A stretch of 36,556 bases of DNA from Candidatus Aminicenantes bacterium (GTDB taxonomy: Bacteria; Acidobacteriota; Aminicenantia; UBA2199): NCBI GenBank assembly GCA_030612495.1, contig JAUWNT010000002.1, forward strand, positions 1 through 36,556, in the 5' to 3' direction. The position numbers and the translations under genes were made by a program. The notes beneath the pieces were generated by a model. That model did not search any database and had not been told where the DNA came from. It saw only the letters and a list, made by a program, of their open reading frames with translations. Of this stretch, positions 10,684-18,520 are shown piece by piece (position 1 is the first letter of the stretch; each line of letters starts with the position of its first letter).

Positions 10684-10856
10684 TTTTATTAATGAATAAA
10701 GTACATAATAAACAAGAACTATTTCCGCATAATTTTTTGATTTTTACACATTCTTGGAGCGAAATCAAATGCTACTCTTTTGTTGTTCCGATAGTTTATG
10801 CAATTGTTAATGGGATTCATTATAAAAAAATTGATATTTAAAAAAGGGAGTAAAAC

Positions 10857-11960
10857 ATGGAAAAAATTAGGATTGCCATTATTGGACTTGGAAATTGTGC
10901 AAGTTCACTTATTCAAGGGATAAACTACTACAAAAAAAAACAAAGTAAAGAAGCTATTGGGTTGATGCACCGGGAAATTGGTGGTTACAGACCATTTGAT
11001 ATAGAAGTTGTTGCTGCTTTTGATATTGATAAACGGAAGGTAGGCAAAGATATTTCAAAAGCAATTTTTGCAAAGCCCAATTGCACCAAGATATTTTGTA
11101 AGGAAATACCAAAAACTAATGTAAAGGTAAAAATGGGAAAGCTTTTGGACGGAGTTGCCAGCCACATGAAGAATCAAGATGAGGATAGGACTTTTATCCC
11201 AGCTAATGAAAAAGAAGCAGATAAAGAAAGTATTGTAAATACACTAAAAAAATCAAATACTGAAATTCTATTGAATTACCTACCTGTTGGGTCTGAAACT
11301 GCGGTGAAATTCTATGCAGAATGTGCTTTGGATGCAAATGTAGCCTTTATAAACAACATGCCAGTCTTTATTGCCAGTAATCCAGAATGGGCTCTAAAAT
11401 TCAAAGAGAGAGGACTACCGATTATTGGAGATGATATAAAATCCCAACTTGGGGCGACCATTACTCATCGTGTTTTAGCCAGTTTATTTAAAGATAGAGG
11501 AGTAAAACTGGAAAGAACTTATCAGCTCAACTCAGGAGGAAATACAGATTTTTTAAACATGTTAGATATGGGCAGATTGGTTTCAAAGAGAGAGTCCAAA
11601 ACTGATGCGGTGCAATCTGTATTAAAACAAAGGCTTAGCAAAAATAATATTCATATTGGCCCAAGCGATTATATTCCATGGCTAAATGACAACAAGGTTT
11701 GTTTTCTGAGAATGGAAGGAAAACTTTTTGGAGATATACCTATGAATCTTGAAATGCGCCTTTCAGTAGAGGATTCACCCAATTCTGCTGGTGTTGTAAT
11801 AGATGCCATACGCTGCTCTAAGTTAGCATTAATTCGAAAAAAAGGTGGAATACTCTATTCCCCTGCTGCTTACCTTATGAAACACCCACCCACTCAATAT
11901 CCAGATGATGTAGCCAGACAAATGGTTGAAGATTTTATTTCGGGGAAACGAGAGGATTAA
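10857..11960 (+). CDS. ino1: myo-Inositol-1-phosphate (inositol-3-phosphate) synthase, archaeal/bacterial short type
   Basis: 367 aa. It has a Rossmann N-terminus IRIAIIGLGNCASSL and conserved NSGGNTDF, SKTDAV and SVEDSPNSAG motifs. An AGGGAG RBS lies upstream. Confidence 0.9.
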   Translation: MEKIRIAIIGLGNCASSLIQGINYYKKKQSKEAIGLMHREIGGYRPFDIEVVAAFDIDKRKVGKDISKAIFAKPNCTKIFCKEIPKTNVKVKMGKLLDGVASHMKNQDEDRTFIPANEKEADKESIVNTLKKSNTEILLNYLPVGSETAVKFYAECALDANVAFINNMPVFIASNPEWALKFKERGLPIIGDDIKSQLGATITHRVLASLFKDRGVKLERTYQLNSGGNTDFLNMLDMGRLVSKRESKTDAVQSVLKQRLSKNNIHIGPSDYIPWLNDNKVCFLRMEGKLFGDIPMNLEMRLSVEDSPNSAGVVIDAIRCSKLALIRKKGGILYSPAAYLMKHPPTQYPDDVARQMVEDFISGKRED

Positions 11961-11963
11961 GCA

Positions 11964-12698
11964 TTGAAATGCCTGATCATTGCTGCTGGTAGAGGAAGTC
12001 GTTTATCTCATAAAGGCGATTGTAAGCCATTAATAGAGGTGGGGGGGACTGCTCTTATTAAGAGGGTAATTTCTACAGCTAATAGAGTCGGAATAATTAA
12101 CTTTTTAGTAGTCACTGGCCATAATAAAGAAAAGATAAGAAGTTATTTAGAGGGCGTTTCTCTGGGGGAAAAAATTGAAATTCATTTTGTTTACAATAAT
12201 GAATGGAAAAAAGAGAATGGCCTTTCTGTATTGAAGGCAAAAGATTATATAAATGAAAAATTTATCCTGTTGATGGCAGATCACATATTTGACCCGAAGA
12301 TACTGTTGAAACTTAAGAATCAAACAATTCACGATGATGAAATTATTTTGGCTGTGGATTCTAATACGATTAACAATCCTTATGTAGATATGGAAGATGT
12401 TACAAAGGTTCAGGTGAAAAACGGATTGATTGTAAATATTGGTAAAAATATTAAAAATTTTAATGCTTTTGATACTGGCATATTTCTTTGTACTAGTTCC
12501 ATTTTTTGTGCGCTTCAAAAAAGTATTCAAGCAGGAGATTCAACCCTATCAGGTGGAATACGGATACTGGCTTCAAATCAAAAGGCAAGAGTCATAGACA
12601 TAAATGATAATTTTTGGATTGATGTGGACGATGAAAAAGCTTTACAAAAAGCTAATTGCATTATAAAGAGCCTTGACAATGATAAATCAAATAGTTAA
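11964..12698 (+). CDS. Nucleotidyltransferase, CTP:inositol-1-phosphate cytidylyltransferase (IPCT)-like
   Basis: 244 aa. A TTG start is required to include the glycine-rich loop IIAAGRGSRL...KPL. LLMADH, DTGIFL and FWIDVDDEKAL resemble the IPCT half of archaeal IPCT/DIPPS enzymes. GAGG lies 8 nt upstream of the TTG. Confidence 0.7.
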   Translation: MKCLIIAAGRGSRLSHKGDCKPLIEVGGTALIKRVISTANRVGIINFLVVTGHNKEKIRSYLEGVSLGEKIEIHFVYNNEWKKENGLSVLKAKDYINEKFILLMADHIFDPKILLKLKNQTIHDDEIILAVDSNTINNPYVDMEDVTKVQVKNGLIVNIGKNIKNFNAFDTGIFLCTSSIFCALQKSIQAGDSTLSGGIRILASNQKARVIDINDNFWIDVDDEKALQKANCIIKSLDNDKSNS

Positions 12699-12726
12699 AT
12701 CAAATATCTTTATGGGTTCATAAAAA

Positions 12727-13737
12727 ATGAATAATTGGGGGTTAAAAAAAAATATAAAATTAATTTTAAGCTTGATTGGATTTATCTTTTTTTTCTACTT
12801 GATTTACCGGATAGGAATCGACACACTCATCTTTAATATTTCATTTTTTGGATTCTGGTTTATTCCGATCTTCTTTTTGGGGGGCATCTGGATTCTTTGC
12901 CAGGCAAAAGCATGGAATATCATCCAGAACCAATTCTTTCGGAGAGCATCCATATTTTTCTTTTTCCGCTTAAGAATTATTGGTGATGCACTAAACAATG
13001 TACTTCCCTCTGCTAACTTAGGAGGTGATGCAGCTCGAGCCTACTTGATCAGAAATAATATCCCGTTAAATGAGGGAATTGCTGGTGTGTTTGTGGACAA
13101 AACCATTGAATTTATTGGTGGGATGCTTTTTACAGCAACTGGACTCCTTGTTTCATTCCTGTTCTCCTATATTCCGGAATCCCTAATATTGCCAGGATTA
13201 ATCTGCATGGGTATCACTTTTTTGGGAATAACCACATTGATTATTTTGCAACTCAATGGTCTTTACAAAATTCTTCTAAAAATAACCTCTTTCATTCCCT
13301 CAATCCAACGATTTTTAAAAAATCGAGAAACCCAGTTTAGAAGTCTGGATAATAATCTGAAGATGCTTTATACCCAGGCACTAGGGAAAATGGTTCTTGC
13401 ACTGGCATTTCACTTTTTTGCTCGAATCTTAGGTGCAGTTGAAGTGTTGCTTATTTTAAGGGTTCTAGGAATCCAGACCAATTTTATTGAGGCCCTCTTT
13501 ATTTCAGCAATGGTTACCATAATTAATACTATTTTTTTCCTTATGCCCGGTCAATGGGGAATCACAGAAGGGGCATTTGTGGTTGTATTAAAAAGTTTGG
13601 GATATCCAGCTGGCATCGGCCTTAGCATCGGGATTATCAGGCGAATAAGGAAACTTTTTTTTGTAGGGATTGGGTTATTTTTTTTAAACTTGGGAAAAGG
13701 AATTAAGTTAAGTAATAGGAGTCAAAATGCTGATTGA
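12727..13737 (+). CDS. Flippase-like membrane protein (lysylphosphatidylglycerol-synthase TM region / UPF0104 family)
   Basis: 336 aa with about 8 hydrophobic segments. It has the family-typical motif LPSANLGGDAARAYL and a second-half repeat with PGQWGITEGAF. Confidence 0.7.
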   Translation: MNNWGLKKNIKLILSLIGFIFFFYLIYRIGIDTLIFNISFFGFWFIPIFFLGGIWILCQAKAWNIIQNQFFRRASIFFFFRLRIIGDALNNVLPSANLGGDAARAYLIRNNIPLNEGIAGVFVDKTIEFIGGMLFTATGLLVSFLFSYIPESLILPGLICMGITFLGITTLIILQLNGLYKILLKITSFIPSIQRFLKNRETQFRSLDNNLKMLYTQALGKMVLALAFHFFARILGAVEVLLILRVLGIQTNFIEALFISAMVTIINTIFFLMPGQWGITEGAFVVVLKSLGYPAGIGLSIGIIRRIRKLFFVGIGLFFLNLGKGIKLSNRSQNAD

Positions 13738-15133
13738 TACAGCAGTAATAATATCAAATCAACGGAATTCTGAATCTTCCCAATCAAAATGGAATTCCCG
13801 GAGTAAAATTTTAGGTTTGCCTATGCTGAAGCGCACTATTTTAACTGCAAACCAAGCAGGAGTTAAAAATTTTATCTTAATTTCAAATAAAGAAGATAAG
13901 ATTATATCTTCCCTTAAAAAGGATACTATACTGAAAGAAAAGGGAATAAAACTCCAGTTTCTATTTTTATCAGATCTTCTACATAATAAATATCCGGAAA
14001 TAAAAAAAGATTTTTGGTTGCTAAATAGTACGTTAACCTTTGACCCAAAAATTTTAATAAATACTACTCACCTTAAGTCTGAGAATAATAAGAACTTATT
14101 GTTGGCTAACTCTAAACAGAATTTATCTGAGGAAAGAGTTGATAGTATCAGAATAAAATCCAATTTAAAGACTAAAAAGGTTAAGGTTATTAATGGGGAT
14201 ATAGACGAATACAATGCCCTTTATTCAGGTATAAGCTTATGTGCTCCCAGAACTTTTCAGGAGCTTGCTAATCTTTTAAAGAAAAGTCAAACTGCATCTC
14301 TTAGTACTGATATAATGAATACCCTGTTTACTTCAACTGATTTTGAGGTACTCGAAATCGGTCAGAACTTTTGTATTAATATAACATCTAAAAATACATT
14401 TAAAAAAGCTGAGAAATATTTGCTAAACACCGCACGTAAACCAACAGACGGTTTTATTTCCCGAAATTTTAACCGTTATATCTCTTTATTTTTAACTAAA
14501 AGATTAATTAAACTGAAATTAGCACCCATTCATATCAGTATTGCAAATTTAATTATAGGACTTGCTAGTGGGTGGTTTATTGGTAAGGGCGGATATGTTA
14601 ATACTTTGATAGCCACAATCCTGTTTCAATTTGCCTCTATGTTTGACGGGTGTGACGGGGAAAATGCCAGGTTAACATTCAGAAGCTCAGGTTTAGGTGC
14701 TAATATTGACACAGTTTGTGATATCACAACTTTCCTGGTTTTCCTTGTGAACCTTCCTATTGGTTTATATGGTTTTACAGGTAAAGCGATTTATATAATT
14801 CTTGGAATAGTGACTATCATCTCAGTATTCAGTTTCTATCTTATAATGGCAAATTTTGTAAAAAAGGCTAAAATCAGAGGCCATCTTGTAAAAATAGTAA
14901 AATCTATTGAGCAAGGCTCAAATTCATCTGGATTCATAGGGAAAATGGATAGACTTGTATCTAAATCTGCATTTATATACAGAAGAGATTTTTTCAGTTT
15001 TTCTTTTTTAGTATTCGGTATTTTAGGAGGAATATCAATCGCTATGTGGATTACTGCAATTCTGGCTCCGCTTGAAGCTATTTATTTTAATTTTTACTCC
15101 AACAGGCGATTAAAACAGGTAACTACAAAATAA
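13727..15133 (+). CDS. IPCT-like (degenerate) / CDP-alcohol phosphatidyltransferase fusion, DIPP-synthase-like
   Basis: 468 aa with an AGGAG RBS 5 nt upstream. The C-terminal membrane domain carries a perfect CDP-alcohol transferase signature, D-x2-D-G-x2-A-R-x8-G-x3-D-x3-D (FDGCDGENARLTFRSSGLGANIDTVCD). The N-terminal ~230 aa aligns in layout to nucleotidyltransferases but lacks the GxGxR loop. Confidence 0.75.
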   Translation: MLIDTAVIISNQRNSESSQSKWNSRSKILGLPMLKRTILTANQAGVKNFILISNKEDKIISSLKKDTILKEKGIKLQFLFLSDLLHNKYPEIKKDFWLLNSTLTFDPKILINTTHLKSENNKNLLLANSKQNLSEERVDSIRIKSNLKTKKVKVINGDIDEYNALYSGISLCAPRTFQELANLLKKSQTASLSTDIMNTLFTSTDFEVLEIGQNFCINITSKNTFKKAEKYLLNTARKPTDGFISRNFNRYISLFLTKRLIKLKLAPIHISIANLIIGLASGWFIGKGGYVNTLIATILFQFASMFDGCDGENARLTFRSSGLGANIDTVCDITTFLVFLVNLPIGLYGFTGKAIYIILGIVTIISVFSFYLIMANFVKKAKIRGHLVKIVKSIEQGSNSSGFIGKMDRLVSKSAFIYRRDFFSFSFLVFGILGGISIAMWITAILAPLEAIYFNFYSNRRLKQVTTK

Positions 15134-15148
15134 TTAAGAAATTTTTAG

Positions 15149-15177
15149 TTGTATTTTCTGTTAAAATATCGTATAAT
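15149..15177 (+). promoter_or_regulatory. Candidate sigma-70 promoter TTGTAT-17 nt-TATAAT, 8 nt upstream of an ATG that has no SD (leaderless-type)
   Basis: TTGTAT at 15149-15154, a 17-nt spacer and a perfect TATAAT at 15172-15177. The ATG is at 15186 and no purine-rich SD lies between. Confidence 0.35.
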
Positions 15178-15185
15178 CTCAACTT

Positions 15186-15548
15186 ATGAATCCATATTTA
15201 ATACTTTTTTTATCCTGGTTATTCCCTGGAGCAGGGCATTTTCTTCAGAAAAAGTACCTTAAAGGGGCTGTTTTTTTTGTAGGTATATTACTTCTTCTGG
15301 TTTTGGGGCTTATTATGCATGGTAAATTTTATAACACCCATTCATTTCATCCTCTTCTTGTTCTTGGATTTTTAGGTGATTTGGGAAATGGCGCCTTTTA
15401 TTTTATAATAAAATTGCTTGGACTTGGTAATGGAAATATTAAAGCTATTACTTATAATTATGGTACTACATATATGGTTGCAGCTGGACTTTTAAATTAT
15501 CTTGTTGCATTAAATGCTTTTGATATAGCAAGAGGTAAACGAAAATGA
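15186..15548 (+). CDS. Small integral membrane protein
   Basis: 120 aa with 3-4 hydrophobic segments. The N-terminal LFPGAGHF motif is seen in many small membrane proteins. Function unknown. Confidence 0.55.
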   Translation: MNPYLILFLSWLFPGAGHFLQKKYLKGAVFFVGILLLLVLGLIMHGKFYNTHSFHPLLVLGFLGDLGNGAFYFIIKLLGLGNGNIKAITYNYGTTYMVAAGLLNYLVALNAFDIARGKRK

Positions 15549-15718
15549 TTTTTAGAAGTCATTTCATATCAATGTTGGTTTTTTCAATAATTGTCTCTAT
15601 ATTAATCGCATTTGTTAGATTTGATACAAGGAAAGATATTGTTAGATATGCATTAAAGCTATTTCTTTACATGTGTGTAGGGGTTATAATTTTTAGCTGG
15701 TTTATGTATTTTTTATAA
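15545..15718 (+). CDS. Unlisted 57-aa small membrane protein ORF (ATGA-coupled to the upstream gene)
   Basis: Read by hand: ATG at 15545 overlaps the TGA (15546-15548) of the upstream ORF. The translation is MIFRSHFISMLVFSIIVSILIAFVRFDTRKDIVRYALKLFLYMCVGVIIFSWFMYFL*, with two hydrophobic helices. It is below the 60-aa cutoff of the ORF track. Confidence 0.35.
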   Translation: MIFRSHFISMLVFSIIVSILIAFVRFDTRKDIVRYALKLFLYMCVGVIIFSWFMYFL

Positions 15719-15742
15719 TTTTTTAATCTTTTGAGATTTATT

Positions 15743-16324
15743 TTAAAAGCTTATTCCGATTCCACCCATATAAGATATTCCACCTAATTGAATATTTGAG
15801 TTTTCATCATTTTTAACATTCAAAGAAATATACTTGAGTTTTAAATCAATAAATAAAGGTTTTATGACAAAAAATCTTATTCCTCCTTCAGCAAGAAATC
15901 CAATTTTGTTTTTATCGATAGTCCCAATATAGTTTTCCTCTTTGTATATATAGTATCCCATACCTGCTCCAACATATGGTCTGATGATATTATTACCCAA
16001 TATAAATCTTATTCCAAGCTCAACTGGAATTATTTTTAAGGTTGTGTTTTCTTTTGAAAATGTTAGTTCACCATCAGCTTTAAAATAATCAGTATGCAAA
16101 AAGAGTTCTAAGGATCTATATATTTTAAGTCCAATATCAGCACTAAAAGAAATATTATTTTCCCCATAAACTTCTTCATATTTGTTTTCTGTAACATTTC
16201 TGATCCCAGCACCTAAATAAATTGAAAACTTTTTTAAATGATTGTTTTCATTATTTTCAATGATTTGTGCATTTAAGATATTTGATGCAAAAATAAAGAT
16301 TAACAAAATAGAGAGTCTTTTCAT
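15743..16324 (-). CDS. Outer-membrane beta-barrel protein (small OmpA/OmpW-like porin family)
   Basis: 193 aa with signal peptide MKRLSILLIFIFASNILNA. It shows alternating amphipathic beta-strand patterns and a C-terminal GGIGISF ending in Phe, the OMP beta-signal. Confidence 0.7.
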   Translation of the reverse strand: MKRLSILLIFIFASNILNAQIIENNENNHLKKFSIYLGAGIRNVTENKYEEVYGENNISFSADIGLKIYRSLELFLHTDYFKADGELTFSKENTTLKIIPVELGIRFILGNNIIRPYVGAGMGYYIYKEENYIGTIDKNKIGFLAEGGIRFFVIKPLFIDLKLKYISLNVKNDENSNIQLGGISYMGGIGISF

Positions 16325-16416
16325 TTTATCTCCTGATATTGTAATTGTTACTTATAACAATCTTTAAAAATGATGTCAAATTATTATTAATTGTTTAAAA
16401 AAAAAAATAAATTTTC

Positions 16417-16445
16417 TTGAATTTATATGTTAAATCTAATATATT
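16417..16445 (+). promoter_or_regulatory. Candidate sigma-70 promoter TTGAAT-17 nt-TATATT upstream of the aminotransferase
   Basis: TTGAAT at 16417-16422 and TATATT at 16440-16445, with an A11 tract just upstream (UP-element-like). AAGGAGG at 16462-16468 precedes the start. Confidence 0.3.
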
Positions 16446-16471
16446 ATATTATTAAATAAAAAAGGAGGATA

Positions 16472-17686
16472 TTGATGATAGATTATGAGAAGTTTTTTTC
16501 TTCAAATGCAAAAGGTATGAAAAAGTCTGAAATCAGAGAGCTTTTAAAACTCACTAACAAGCCGGGTATAATATCTTTTGCTGGAGGCTTACCTGCTCCA
16601 GATTTATTCCCTGTTGAAAGAATTGAAGAGATTGCTCAATATGTTTTAGAAAAAGAGGGGAGAAAAGCACTTCAATATGGAGAAACAGAAGGTGTGTACT
16701 CTTTGAGAGAGCAGATTTTGGAATTCTTAAATGAAGATGGGATTGATATTCCTATTGAACAATTGATTGTTACAACTTCATCCCAGCAGGGACTGGATCT
16801 TATTGCTAAAATATTTGTAGACCCTGGTGATATAATAATGACTGGGAATCCAACCTATTTAGGAGCCATTCAAGCTTTTAATGCTTATGGTGCAAAGATG
16901 AAAGGAGTTGAACTTGATGAAAAGGGAATTGATACGGAAGTTCTTGACAGAGAGATTAAAAAGTCTATTGATATAGGGAAAAAACCTAAATTTATTTATG
17001 TTATTCCTGATTTCCAGAACCCCTCAGGTATTACAATGAATCTTGAAAGAAGAAAAAAATTAATTGAAATAGCAGAAAAGTATGACCTTATAATTCTTGA
17101 AGATTCACCATATAGACAGTTAAGATTTGAAGGAGAGGCAGAGCCCCCATTGATCAGCTTGAATTCAGAAAGAGTGATTTCAATTTATACATTTAGCAAG
17201 ATTTTGCTCCCTGGATTCAGACTTGGATGGATGGCTGGCCCAAAAGGATTGATACAGAAAGTAATAATTGCCAAACAATCTACGGATCTTTGCTCACCTC
17301 CTTTTAATCAGTATATTTTAGCAGAGTTTATAAAAAGAGGATTACTTAAAAAGCAGATAAGTAAAATTATTTCTGCTTATAGAGAAAAAAAGGATTTCAT
17401 GCTTGATAAATTGCAGAAATATATGCCAAAATTAGAAGGTCTAACGTGGACAGCTCCTGAAGGTGGACTTTTCCTGTGGGTAACGCTTCCAAAGTATATG
17501 GATATAACAGAAATGTTTGAAGAGGCTGTTAAAAGGAATGTAGCTTATGTGGTAGGTACTGCATTCTATCCTAATGAAGGTGGTAACAATTCTTGCAGGC
17601 TTAATTTTTCATACGCATCCATGGAACAAATTGATGAGGGTATTAAAAGATTTGGAGATCTTGTCAAAGAGTGGAATAAAAAATAG
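16472..17686 (+). CDS. PLP-dependent aminotransferase, class I/II (2-aminoadipate/aromatic aminotransferase-like)
   Basis: 404 aa. PLP-lysine motif YTFSKILLPGFRLGW, plus DFQNPSG and the typical N-terminal SFAGGLPAP. The likely true start is ATG 16475, 6 nt after AAGGAGG, rather than TTG 16472. Confidence 0.88.
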   Translation: MMIDYEKFFSSNAKGMKKSEIRELLKLTNKPGIISFAGGLPAPDLFPVERIEEIAQYVLEKEGRKALQYGETEGVYSLREQILEFLNEDGIDIPIEQLIVTTSSQQGLDLIAKIFVDPGDIIMTGNPTYLGAIQAFNAYGAKMKGVELDEKGIDTEVLDREIKKSIDIGKKPKFIYVIPDFQNPSGITMNLERRKKLIEIAEKYDLIILEDSPYRQLRFEGEAEPPLISLNSERVISIYTFSKILLPGFRLGWMAGPKGLIQKVIIAKQSTDLCSPPFNQYILAEFIKRGLLKKQISKIISAYREKKDFMLDKLQKYMPKLEGLTWTAPEGGLFLWVTLPKYMDITEMFEEAVKRNVAYVVGTAFYPNEGGNNSCRLNFSYASMEQIDEGIKRFGDLVKEWNKK

Positions 17687-17700
17687 AAAAATATTGGAAA

Positions 17701-17725
17701 GGGGCGATCTTTTAAAGATCGCCCC
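17701..17725. terminator. Bidirectional intrinsic terminator hairpin between convergent genes
   Basis: A 10-bp GC-rich perfect stem, GGGGCGATCT / AGATCGCCCC, with loop TTTAA. It is flanked by an A-run upstream and T-rich sequence downstream. It lies between the aminotransferase stop (17686) and the minus-strand gene stop (17735). Confidence 0.7.
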
Positions 17726-17734
17726 TTATATTGT

Positions 17735-18520
17735 TTAAGTCTCTGTTTTTTGCTCCTCAGTTTTTTGTTCTTTTTGCTGAATTAGATTTAATTTAATCGA
17801 AGATGTTACTTTACCTCCATCGCTTGAAATCTTGAATTTTATTTCAATAGTATTACCAAGTTTTTTAATTATGTTATTATCTATATGCCATTTCATCTCA
17901 CCTGTTTTTGAATTGAGAATAATACCCTCTTTTTTAGGAGAAATAAGCTCGAATTTCAGAGTGTTTTTTTCTTCGTCAGTTAAGAAAACATCATCTCGTA
18001 AATCCGGATCAGATGCTTCGATTTTATAAAAAAATTCTCCAGGAACTTGGAATGCTTGAATTGGTTTTGGGTTAAATAGAGGAGGCGTACCAAGGATTTT
18101 AACATATTTGCTTTTAATTGTTCTTGATTTCAGGTTATCTTTTATAGCTGTAACTTTGCAAAACACCCAGTTATCTTTTTTGAATTCAACTTTTGGGAGA
18201 ATATTGGTATTAATACCTTCTATTTCTCTGTCATTTACAAACCACCTATATTCAAAATTAACTTTATCATCAGGTTTTTTAAGAGTTACTTTAAGTGTAA
18301 GATCTCTTTTTGAAATAGCCTTTGATACAAATTTAGTATCCTTAATAACAAGAGTATTTTTAGAAATATCTTCCTGAGTGTTGTTTTTTACAATTTTACT
18401 TCTTTTAACTGAAGCTACGGGTTTCTTATAGTTGTTTTTCAATTGCTGAGTCTCTGATTCTTTTTGCCCACACCAAATAAAAGAAAGAGTCAGTAATATA
18501 ATGAGTATTAATTTTCTCAT
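17735..18520 (-). CDS. Secreted or lipoprotein-like protein with Ig-like (He_PIG/cadherin-like) repeat, last gene of the minor-pilin operon
   Basis: 261 aa with signal peptide MRKLILIILLTLSFIWC. The segment FFYKIEASDPD...LKFELISPKKEGIILNSKTGEMKWHID resembles putative-Ig/cadherin-like domains. Its start overlaps the pilY1 stop by 1 nt. Confidence 0.6.
   Translation of the reverse strand: MRKLILIILLTLSFIWCGQKESETQQLKNNYKKPVASVKRSKIVKNNTQEDISKNTLVIKDTKFVSKAISKRDLTLKVTLKKPDDKVNFEYRWFVNDREIEGINTNILPKVEFKKDNWVFCKVTAIKDNLKSRTIKSKYVKILGTPPLFNPKPIQAFQVPGEFFYKIEASDPDLRDDVFLTDEEKNTLKFELISPKKEGIILNSKTGEMKWHIDNNIIKKLGNTIEIKFKISSDGGKVTSSIKLNLIQQKEQKTEEQKTET

Noticed and set aside
16344-16361. Small palindrome ATTGTTA-N4-TAACAAT in the divergent OMP/aminotransferase intergenic region, considered as a possible operator.
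   Set aside because: It has only 7-bp AT-rich arms, which easily arise by chance here, and I found no second copy or known binding motif.
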